A DNA stretch of 57,983 nt, filler included, from Sluysia triapertura (taxonomy: Eukaryota): NCBI GenBank assembly GCA_046118255.1. It is 4 parts of 4 records of this genome, joined end to end, with 100 filler letters (N's around TTAATTAATTAA, not from the genome) between each part and the next. Parts side by side here need not be neighbours in the genome. Positions count along the whole stretch, not along the records: positions 14,989 to 30,915 come from JBJNIA010214698.1; positions 31,016 to 43,491 come from JBJNIA010105431.1; 2 more parts are not named here. One strand, written 5' to 3'. The position numbers and the translations under genes are program-made. Within the stretch, counting starts at the first letter, position 1. Every line of letters begins with the position of its first letter. Shown here piece after piece: positions 23,732-34,901 of this stretch. The notes below the pieces were generated by a model. It did no database searches. It was not told the DNA's origin and was given only the letters and a program-made list of their open reading frames with translations.

Positions 23732-25301
23732 GGTAAAAAATATAGTATAGCATTGGGGAAAAACATTGAAGAAAAACAAAAAAATAGAAAGACGGATTAA
23801 AAATAAGGATAAAAGAAATAATAATGATAACAATAACATGGTTATTATATTTATTAATACTGAAGTGTTTATGTTAAAATTTATTATAAAAGTTATTACT
23901 TGATAATCATGTTATATAACAATAATGACAATAACTATTATATATATTTTAATACGATCTGAATTGTAATAACAATAACGGTAGATCATGATAATTAGAT
24001 GCGATGATCATGCTTTGTTTTTTGAATGAGTTTAGTAGTTTGTTTAATAGTTTGTGTACATGTGAAGTGTTTTTATGTGATGAAGTGTGATGAATTCCCT
24101 AGAGATGATATTTACAATTATAAATAACAAGAAACGGTTATTAAGACTACTTACATATCCAAATATAATATATGTATACTTATCTATTTTTAACCATGAA
24201 AAATGATTCTATAAAAAGTAAAAAGTCAGTTACAACTCCAGGTATATGTAAAAGGAAACACCAGGTAATAAATTTTAAAATATAAGTTAATAAAACGCGA
24301 ATCGAACAATCTCTAAACTAACTTGAATATCTTGAATATTTCTTCGAATTCGATCACGAGAATTATCCGGGGATTCCGTTACTTCGACATGTAGAGCCTG
24401 AAGTTCGTTTACCTGAAACAAAACAATGACTGAAGTGCATCTTTTGAAGACTGATTAATATTAATTTCGTCTGATTTTAAAATGAATATTTATTATTTTA
24501 GAGAATCATAATAATTAAAAGTGAACAATGTTTAATTAAAAATAACCTGATACAGGAAACTGGGAATAAGTTACTATGGAAACAGTATCTAACTAAACCA
24601 TTATAACCAAGAATAAGCATGTATGAAATATTGACATATTAGTACAGTTGATGAATGACTGTTTCTCCATGAAAAAGAAATTGATTGAAATTACAGTAAC
24701 CGAATAGTTAGAGAAAACTTATAATAAAAGGAGAATGCAATACAACGAAACCTATTGGCTACAATGGATAGCAAAATAGCCAATGGTATAAAAAAGAAAA
24801 TTTTTAGTCTATATACGTAGATCAATTACAATAAGACAAAAGATGTCTCACGATATTTACAGAGGAATTTAATGACAAAGATCGATTTATTCAACATTTT
24901 GAAAAAAGAAATTAATCATACGAAGATGTTACTGTATCGAATTTTATTTTATTATTTTTTTAAAAAGAAAACCATAACAATAAGTGGTAGCTAAAACATA
25001 TTTTTGTATAAAAAATTTATTTGTGTTGTGTATTTATTCACAATAATTCAATAATGAAATTAGTTTAAAATATCTTAACATTTGTATCACTAAACAGGTA
25101 CAAATTATTGCTTATTCTTTGATAATAATATACTCTTAATATTCTCAGTTATAAATAAATTAAATATAACACAATCAAATAACAAAATACAATTCTAAAA
25201 ATCCAGCGGTAACACTACACGTAAAATGTATTTAAAACAAATGTATAAAAACGTGGATTAATTAACAACAATAATAAAAATAACATCACTCTAATATTTA
25301 A

Positions 25302-25982
25302 TCAGTTACTGAAGATCAGTCTCAAAAGTGTTGAAGCAGGTTGTAGTCTTTCATTTAAAAACTTTATTATGAAATTATTTTTAAAATATGTTATTTTATT
25401 ACTTTTATTAAAACCAAAAAGGAAGGACTTAAGGTCCTTTAAAAAACATGTCATTGAATTGAATAACAAATAAGAATAATTAATTCCATTTATTGAAAAA
25501 TTAGTACAAACAAAAACACCAAAAATTTTGTTATAAAAATCAAAACTAGATAAAATTTTCCACTTTATAAAATTATTAAAACCTGGAACAAAGTAGTATT
25601 TCCAACTAAAACCTTGATCGCAAGAAGTGATTTCATTTCCGTAAGCAAAGTAAAATTCTCGTAAATCCACGGCATTTGGACTTAAACATGAAGCACAAAG
25701 ATGAGCAATACATGCTCGAATAAAACTGTAGTGAGATTCTTGATTTTTTTGAACTAGTTTAGCCGCGTTCCGTTCTTTCAGCTTCGCTTCTAGTGTAGCA
25801 TAACTTAAAGACAATTTATTTAGAAAATCATCATCGCACAAAGTCCCGTCTTTTTGAATAATTAAAATAAAAGTAACTTCACTTACATTATCTAAATTAT
25901 TTTTAGTATTTACTTGTTCAAAGTCTACAACGCGTGCATTGACGTTTTTGTGTGACTTATTCTTGGCTCTACTTTGTAACAT
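25302..25982 (-). CDS. Hypothetical protein, 226 aa, no recognised family
   Basis: Uninterrupted 681-nt ATG-initiated ORF, unlikely by chance at this AT content; no motif recognised. Confidence 0.5.
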   Translation of the reverse strand: MLQSRAKNKSHKNVNARVVDFEQVNTKNNLDNVSEVTFILIIQKDGTLCDDDFLNKLSLSYATLEAKLKERNAAKLVQKNQESHYSFIRACIAHLCASCLSPNAVDLREFYFAYGNEITSCDQGFSWKYYFVPGFNNFIKWKILSSFDFYNKIFGVFVCTNFSINGINYSYLLFNSMTCFLKDLKSFLFGFNKSNKITYFKNNFIIKFLNERLQPASTLLRLIFSN

Positions 25983-28109
25983 TTATATTTTTCTTAAAAG
26001 TTGATGTGAACTTTTGGTAAACATAAAAATATTTCTTCTGTGGACTTTTTTAGTTTTAAAGAATACGTATTTAGTTTTATGAATTACCTTTAAATTTTAA
26101 TATTAAAACAAAAATTAAAAAGATAAAATATTTATGAAATTTCTTTTAAACTTTCTTTGTATTTAAATCTTGTTTTGGTTATTTTATTTAAATATTCTTT
26201 TAGTTTTTTTGTCGTGTCTAAATATTGAAAACGTTTGTTTTTATAAGTTCCGTGGAACTTTCAGAAATACAATGTTTCGTGCTGCATGACAAATGTATAG
26301 TACAACAAAAACAATAAAAATGATAATCACCGTAGGACAGCAAAAGTGTGACTCCTAGTGGTGTTATTGGAGATGGGAACGATACCGTAAAAAAATATTA
26401 GATCACATTAAATAAAAAAGAAAACGTATTTGGTTATTATGATTTTAGGGTGATTACATTAATTTTGCTGTAAAATTTTATGTTTCGAAGTTTTAAGCTT
26501 TGTAGTTATGTTAAAAGTGGTAAATTAATAATAATAAATTTGGCATATGGCGATGCGTCAGTAATAGAAATTGTTGTTGGAGTTTGCGTATAATTTACGG
26601 TGAGGTTTCAAATATATGTTGACCGTATATGAATGTTTTAAAATGTGTGAAAAGTATCAAAATGTTTTGTTTGTGAATCAATCGTGTATAGGTTTGTGTG
26701 TAACAAGATCGTTATGCGTCTGTGGCACCACAGTTGACACATTCCACCCATTCTCAGCTCCTTGCTTTCATTCTGCTGGGCATGAAACAGAACTGAAGCT
26801 GCAATTAATGTATTCCATCTTCTGCTTCCGCTGTATGCATTTGATTCATTTGTCGCCTGTCTTGTTCGTTCTGAGGTGCCCGTTCTTCTTCAATTTAATG
26901 TGCAGTTACTCGTCATACTGCTTTCGTTTTGTGAGTAAGAAGACCTAAATTTAATCTTCTGCGATACATTATTTGGATGAATTATTATTTGCAATGAAAA
27001 AGGATCAAATTTATAAGGGAAAAACTGTAAAACCTTATAAAGGACATAATGTAGTAACGAAATATATCCTTAAAAGGCAAAATTGTTACACTGTTTGATT
27101 CAGGTCGTTAGAGCGAACTACCAATCACGAAGAAACTGTTTACATGAAAAATAATTTAATGATGCACAATCTGTATTATGTATTGGAATAGGCAAAACTT
27201 ATAATGATTTACCGAAATTATTTTCGCATATCATTTCAGAAACTCGTTTTGATTTTTCCATAATCAATCTAATTTCATAATCGATCTAATTGTCCACAGA
27301 AGCAACATAATTAATGTTTTGATCATCAGAAAACACTTTGTAATATATTTTATTCCCATGGTCTCGGAAATACTGATATTTTCATCTTTACAGCCAATAT
27401 GATGTTATCAAAACTTAGGATTTTTACTGCAAACCCACTTTTCATAATGTTACTGTTTAATTGAAAAATTTTCTTACTAGTTGATGTTAAACTAATATTT
27501 TATAAATTTCAATTCTACCATTTTTTGAGAATCGATTAAATCATGATGTTTTACTTTAAACTTAACTACTGTTAGTTGTGACAACCCAATCGGTAACTAA
27601 TGACCAAATGCTTTATCAAAAGCAGATTTATCTTTAAGTGGAATCGTATCAAATGACTTAGGCTTAGATGTTTAGGTTTTACAAAGATCTATATATTGTT
27701 ATTGTTAAACATTTAATACAAATCTTGGGCGGTATTCATTAATTTTTTATGAAATGGCTTCAAATTTTTATCGGCAAACACGCAAATATTTAAGACTAAG
27801 GTTAATAATTTCGTATACTTAGATCTCATTTTCAGATCATTTAATTATATGACCTAACAATACCACTACATAGTTCGGTATTCCTAGCAAGGAAAACTTG
27901 AAAAATGGAATATTGGATCAGTCGTTTCTAATTAATGGACCTGAAAATAAAACGGTAAGATCTGAACGCAATGAATGAATCCCACATATTTAAGGATATC
28001 ACGACTGCAATATAAAATTATAAATACTAGAAGTTCAAACAAATATATTAAAAATTTAATGAAAGTGTAATAGGTAATCTGAATTTATTAGCTATATTAC
28101 ATCATAACA

Positions 28110-28676
28110 TCATTTTGTTTTTCTTTGAATAAAATTTTTTACCTGTTCTAATAACCAGTCAAAACCTTGCTGCAATCCTTCTCCAGTTAAGGCATTACTA
28201 GATACAATATTCCATGTATGATCTTTAACTTCATCAAGACATAGAATTTGTGTACACTTAACACTTGTTACTGCATCTTTGGCATCCATTTTATTAGCAA
28301 AAAACAAAATTGGTACTTTTCTTAAACCTTTATCACTTAATATAGTGTCTAATTCATCCTTTGCGACCACCATTCTTAAATGATCAGAACTATCTATAAC
28401 AAATATTATTGCATCACTATCTTTAATATAAGTATTCCACAAGTTACGATAACGACCTTGTCCACTCATATCAAAACAGGTTAAGTTTAAACCTTTGGTA
28501 CAAATTTTTTCTACGTTAAAACCAATAGTTGGTACTATATCATGACTCTGGATATTTGGTGGTTTTATTTTATTTAGAATAGTAGTTTTGCCACTATTAT
28601 CTAAACCAACTACTAAAACTTTAGCTTCTTTTTTACGTGCACCAAAAAAGCTAATAAGAGATTCCAAAAATCCCAT
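28110..28676 (-). CDS. ARL6: ADP-ribosylation factor-like protein 6 (BBS3), intronless
   Basis: MG N-terminus, [14 protein letters not shown], the ARL6-diagnostic [40 protein letters not shown] and GEGLQ.G.DWL. Confidence 0.95.
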   Translation of the reverse strand: MGFLESLISFFGARKKEAKVLVVGLDNSGKTTILNKIKPPNIQSHDIVPTIGFNVEKICTKGLNLTCFDMSGQGRYRNLWNTYIKDSDAIIFVIDSSDHLRMVVAKDELDTILSDKGLRKVPILFFANKMDAKDAVTSVKCTQILCLDEVKDHTWNIVSSNALTGEGLQQGFDWLLEQVKNFIQRKTK

Positions 28677-30555
28677 ACGAATTATATCATAATTATAGAC
28701 ATCAATGTTACAAAATTAAAAACTTTAATAACAATACTTAAGTATTTGTAAAAATAAAAATCATTATGGTAAATATATAAATTGTAAAAATGTATTAATC
28801 TATATTTCACAAACTATTATAAATACGTCTCGTTGCTAATACTAATAGTTAAAGTATTTTAACTACTAAAACAAAGAAGTCTTATTCATGAAATGTTCTC
28901 TACATATGATATTCTGGCGAACTTGATGACCATTTTAAAGTCAGACTAATTAAATTTTAACGAATTTTTATAAAATATAATTTTTATGTTTAATGAAAAT
29001 AAAAATAAGAAAACAGTGCAATTTACAAGAATATAATAAATTCTAGATAAATGCCCCTGACTTGTAAATGATGAAACAAAGAATTCGAGTGTATGTGATC
29101 TGATTCATGAATTTTGCTATTATGAGTATTAGGTTGTCAAAGATGAAATTTGACTAAAAGGCAAAGTTAATTGATAATTTACAAATATAAGGAATATTTT
29201 TATTCATCAAAGTATGCACCAATATTGTTGCTCAGGTTGGTGGTATAAATGAATTCCTGGAAGACCTGTTTTACATCATTGTCAGATTTAAATTGTTATC
29301 CTATTAAAACGTCCAGATGTGGCAGTTAGTGGAAGCTAGGTGTGGTTAGTATGGATGATAATGAAGAAGTTCCACTTCCAATTAAAGTATTTTCTGTATT
29401 CGCTTATAAAACTCATAAATTTCATATAATGCATGTGCTAATGTGGTGCGTAAAATGTAATATCAACAATGAATTATTATCAAAAATCAATACATAGTAG
29501 ACAAAAGAAGTGCTTTTGAAAAATTTCCTTACGTTATAGTTATAAACATCTCTGTTTACGGAGGTTTTATTCAACACGGTTCTTACTTTAGTTATAAATA
29601 ATGCCTAATTTCTAGTGGAGAAAATAATTTTTAATTTAGAGTCTATTATCCAAATACGAATGAAGTCATTGTACTAAAAATGGAAGAATAGAGTAAAATC
29701 AGAATAAAATCAGAATTTTTATGTTATTGCAGTAACTTTAAACTAAAATTAGTCCATCTAGGATATGAATAAAATTAAAATAATCGTAACATCACGTAAG
29801 TTAAATTATGTGATAAAATTATTGCAGAGAATAAAAATTAGTAAAAATTTTAAAAACTTAGTTTTCAGCAGTGTTTAATTAAAATGAAGCATTTTGTTTT
29901 CAATCACAACTCGAAACACTGCAATAGCCGTAAATCATAAAATAATTTTATCAGATGCCATTCAAAATTTATTAATGATAAAAATCGAAATCAAACCTTG
30001 GAGATTTACGTCTTTTACAACAATAAATGCTACTGAAATGATTGCATAATTGTTTAATTTTTAGTAATTTTGATGATCAAGTTACTTTACTTAACTTTAT
30101 TAAAAAATCACCGATGTCAGACTGTCAGTCAAACACTCATTTTTGTGAAAAGTTAATGGGTATATTGTTTCAATCAAAAAACACAGAATTCGAAACATGA
30201 CTTGGTAGTATTTCTATAAATGAATGTCCAATTATGCGTTCTTGTTTACTATTCTAATGTGAGAATGTTGCTCAAAAATATGGTAGTTAATGCGTATAAA
30301 TTAGTAACCGATCTACATAAGCACGAACCATAAGAAGGTTTTAAAAGAAATATTATAGATATATTTAGAGAATTTTTAGTTGTAATTGAAGTGAAATACT
30401 AATTCAACGACATTCAATACCCTATGAATCTGACACCGTAAATACTTCGTTTCTCATTATATTTGGCCTATAAATCATGATATTGTAATAGTTAAACCTT
30501 TTGTTAGTTTTTCATATTTTGTATTGTTAATTTGTGTACTTAGAAAAATCATTTG

Positions 30556-30710
30556 TGTTAGACATCATAAAATAGGCTGACCGGGGATCGAACCCGGGAC
30601 TTCTCGTGCGAAATTTTAATGCTCCATCACTGAGTTATCAGCCCGTCTAACAATTTTTAGATTACTATATTCAATTATACCAAATGTCATCTTAGGCCTA
30701 TATCCCAACA
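30556..30710 (-). mobile_element. tRNA-cassette element (complete copy, 155 bp) with 4-bp TSD
   Basis: TTTG|TGTTAGAC...GTCTAACA(30652)...CCCAACA|TTTG. The minus strand has acceptor GGGCTGA/TCAGCCT, A-box TAACTCAGTGA, T-arm CCGGG-TTCGATC-CCCGG and TTTT. Confidence 0.88.
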
Positions 30711-30760
30711 TTTGTTTAAATATTAAAGTAGTAAAATTATTAATAATAATATATTAATTT

Positions 30761-30822
30761 ATATTGCGCGCATATTTACTACAAAGTAAGTACTCAAAAG
30801 CACTTAAAGTAAATCATTCACC
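30761..30822 (-). repeat. Fragment of dispersed repeat family B
   Basis: Reverse complement TGAATGATTTACTTTAAGTGCTTTTGAGTACTTACTTTGT matches 43731-43770 and ~39341-39380. Confidence 0.8.
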
Positions 30823-30915
30823 TGTTGGGGTAAAAGGTCTAAAAAGTGCCAAGTAGTATAATTGAATATATTAAAAATGAAATTGTTAGACGGGGCTGAT
30901 AGCTCAGTGGTAGAG
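30823..30915 (+). mobile_element. tRNA-cassette element, truncated by contig end
   Basis: TGTTGGGG...GTATAATT...TGTTAGAC GGGGCTGATAGCTCAGTGGTAGAG (canonical A-box/D-arm), abutting repeat family B. Confidence 0.85.
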
Positions 30916-31015
30916 NNNNNNNNNNNNNNNNNNNNNNNNNNNNNNNNNNNNNNNNNNNNTTAATTAATTAANNNNNNNNNNNNNNNNNNNNNNNNNNNNN
31001 NNNNNNNNNNNNNNN
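30916..31015. other. Artificial contig spacer
   Basis: 44 N + TTAATTAATTAA + 44 N. Confidence 0.98.
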
Positions 31016-32462
31016 TGATGTTATGTGAATTACGAGATTATCACTTATTTAAATTATACTATGTTAATATGAGGTGTAAGAGATGTTTATGCAGCGTATG
31101 TAAAGAGTTTTGGTAGGCAGAACACTACACCTTGCATAGATAAATCGTGCTTATTAGGTGAACTTGACCTCTAGTTTATTTTGTAAGTTTAAACTTTCTA
31201 ATAAACCTTGCATTAGAATAACATTTACTAATTTTGTTTTTATATTATTCATGTAAACCTTTAATATGATCTTGTAAATTCGAAATAATTGATTCATGAC
31301 TTTTATAATGGCACATATCTGAAAATCATTTTCCAATTCTCTTCGAAATTGATCCTCTTTTTTGTCAGTTCAACTATATGATTAAATTTAAGATTTTCTA
31401 TTTCATTCATTAATTCGTTTAGCTTTTGCTGTGCACAATATAGGTTTTTTACTTCATTTGAACGACTTTATTATTTTGTCCAATTAATTCAACCAATTTT
31501 AATTTTAATACTATCTAATTCAATACTTAGCTCCTTTGTTTTTTATTCAAATTGATTCTTCAATAAATCATGTTGATCTGATAATTTAATATATTCCTGC
31601 TTCATTTTTTCGTATGTATTCATTAACTATCCGTAATTATTTTGATATTAGGTCATTTTAGAATAATTTGGGTTGCTTTTATAGAAAATTCATTATCATA
31701 TTACTTTGTAATTAAAGTGCTCTTTTAAGGTTTAAAAGGGTTTGTGTGGTGCAGTCTTTTAATGTTTAACTGGTTGTGTGTAATTTACAGTTTATGTTAT
31801 TTTGGTTAATATTAAAATTATAAATGATAGGTCTAACTGTCATCAAAATTTACAAGATTAATTAAAAATCCATCACAAAATATAAATAATACAATGTTAG
31901 ACCATGATAATATTTTAATGAGTAAAATTAAACATGATGTAAAAAAATACGTTTTATTTTGCAAAACTTGCGCTTATCTATAAAAAAATAGCACTTAATA
32001 TATTTTAATAGTATTTGTTAGCGAACAAGTACAACTTTATACAAAACAAAGACAAATTAAAAAACAAATATCATTTATTAAATACAATTACAAATAACTT
32101 TCATTTTTTTCCATATTTCTGTGCTAAATATTTAGCTGAAAATATAAGCAATAAATATACTTTTCAAATGACAATATTTATTGTTTAAAATATATTGTTT
32201 ATTATTCAAGTATTAAAATTCAATTAATAATTTGAATAGAAAATTGAATTATTGCGCAAACAAATGAAACATTTAAAATATTGTTTAATTATAAATATCC
32301 AATCACGAATATTATGTTTAATCATAAAATTAATAATAACCTAGAGTATAATTAGCCAACGATCTAGCAGCATTATAGCGCGACAAAAATCCACCATCTA
32401 ATCTAACCTGACGGCGTCTAACAAAAATGTATGATTATCATTACAATATTATTACAATTTTA

Positions 32463-32505
<43 letters not shown>

Positions 32506-34901
32506 AATAATTTATCACAATTTCAATAAAATACACATTACCAAAATAATTTAAAATAATATATTCATAATCATTCGAATATTAATATTACATCACTATA
32601 TATTAAATATCAAATATTATATCATAAGGTAATGTTAAAAAGCTATTAAATTTCTATTTAACAAATACTTCCTTTAATTCAATTACGATAACTATTTTGA
32701 ATTGAGTAAATGGTAATACCAATAAAGAAACTTATTTACTGAGATATTTGCATTGCGTCAATAATACCTGCATGTAAGTTAAATATATTTAAAGCGAAAA
32801 GTCAATAATTAGAATATAAAAATAAAATCTGAAAATGTTTAAAAGTTTGAATAAATAATCAAAATTTAGTAGACCTTAACACAAGAAAACATTCATTGGT
32901 TAAATTTAGTTAATAGTTTAAATAAGGATTTTACTTCACGGAATAAAACATTTGTTTTGTTCGATAAAATCATATTGCATTATTTCATTAAGTACTTTGA
33001 AAATTAAACAATCAAAATTTTTAAAAATGAATTTGAATGATTTAACAATTATTCAAATTTGGTTTGCTTCTTTGATACTTAATACTTAAACTATTAAAAA
33101 TAATTATAATTGATTACAAAATATATCCAAAACTGCAAATTTAAAAAATTATTTTATATGAACCCAGTTCGAAACATTTATCAATTTTATTAATAAATTA
33201 AGATATTATATTAGATGTAAACAAAATAAAATACGCCGTTTATTTTCTGTCATGATTGTTTCATTCTATTTATTCTTTTGTGCTGAAAGATATTTAATAA
33301 ATAACATTTAAGACTAATGAAATTAATTTGTATAAAATGCCAAAATGCACCTTTCTGAACATAAAATATTACACTTGCTACAAACTTCAAACATATTAGT
33401 GAATAATATTGACGATATAAATACCTCAAAATTTTGGCATTAATTACAAAAAACTAAAGTTTTCAAAAAGCAAATCATTAAGTTGTTAACTACTCTTATT
33501 ATACTTTAGATATTAAAGTTTTTTTATAAATTTTATTATTAATTATATTGGAACTTATCTAATTTACAACAAACTAGTACTTTCTTAAATATGGAATTAA
33601 CGAATCAACTAATTCATCTTGGAAAGCTGCTAAATCTGCTGACTCGCTTCAAATATAAAATGAAATATACTAATTAAAATTTTACCGTTTTGATGGAAAA
33701 GCTTCGGCTTGTAAACAAAAAGTTAGCATTCCTACAATAACTACGTAAATAAAGCTGGACATTATCAATAATATAAGAAATAATCTTTTTGATTTCTATC
33801 TCATAATTTTAAATAACAAAGTATATATGTAATTCTAATCCAATTAAAAATTAACTAAATATTAATAAAAATAATTCAGTGTGTTATTTTTAGTTGTTCG
33901 TTTATTAGTGAACTGTCGATTTTGATCAATGAAAATAAGTTAATTATTCTAATATAATTTGTCTAGATATACCATATATAGAGTTGTTTGTCACTATCCA
34001 AAATAGTCAAAACACTGCCATCGGTATTAAAAGTGAATTTGAATAAAAGCGAATGACTTGTATTTAAATATTCAAAACTGTTGAGGTTATGTTAAACCTC
34101 TCAAGTCAATATGACAATTATTGTGCTGGCAGTATTGAATTTCTACTTGAACAACATTCATATTTTGTTTTGATTGTTTCAATTAATTATACTTGGTAAG
34201 ATTTTGTTTATATTTTTGGATAATCGATAATTAAATTTAAATAATTATTTTTAATGTTTTCATATTAAACCTAAATATTACTTATAGTTAGATGAAAATT
34301 TCATACATTCATTGTTTCAAATAAAAAAAGTGTATAAATCATTGCTTTAGCCATGTTTATTGGTTATAAATCACAACTTACGATTAGTTTATGATATTAA
34401 AAAGATACCCGATTTTATTTTCATTACTATATTATCATTACTCTATTGAATTTTAAACTCTTATTTATTACTTTTACTTATTTTAAATATGATTTCGTTT
34501 CACTTTATAATGACTTGGCTAGATTGTGTGAAGAAAATTTTAAATAAAATACTTTAAATAAATATTTAAATAATTAATATAAGTAGTCATATTAAATACT
34601 TTAAATAAATAATTTTTAAATAAAAAAAATCTGAAAATAGGAAATAGATTTTTCATAAAATCAAAAAGGAGGTAAAGGAAAACTAAAAAGAAAATAAGAA
34701 AGAACGGCTTCCTAAAGAGCTCTGCCTAAAGAACTTGTCACTCAACATAAATATGTATCTTAATGATAGACTTCATTAAATGGACTGACTGGGATTCGAA
34801 CCCGGACCCTCTTACCTCATAGCTGTGCAGTTCAATGCTCTGACCGCTAAGCTAACAAACCAACTAACAATTTAATTTTATCATAATCAATTATACTAAA
34901 T

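Noticed and set aside
26616-26948. 110-aa Cys-rich plus-strand ORF
   Set aside because: More likely the antisense of a decayed charged region plus a PHD-like EWVECVNC fragment on the minus strand; too degraded to call either way.
30574-30644. Functional tRNA gene
   Set aside because: The anticodon arm cannot form a canonical stem-loop and varies in length and sequence among copies; it is embedded in a TSD-flanked repeat.
31150-31650. Coiled-coil-like minus-strand coding remnant
   Set aside because: Multiple stops, no recognisable family and no clear splice sites.
31926-31972. IKHDVKKYVLFCKTC integrase Zn-finger-like fragment (possible Ginger partner)
   Set aside because: Only about 15 codons with no supporting core domain nearby; insufficient evidence.
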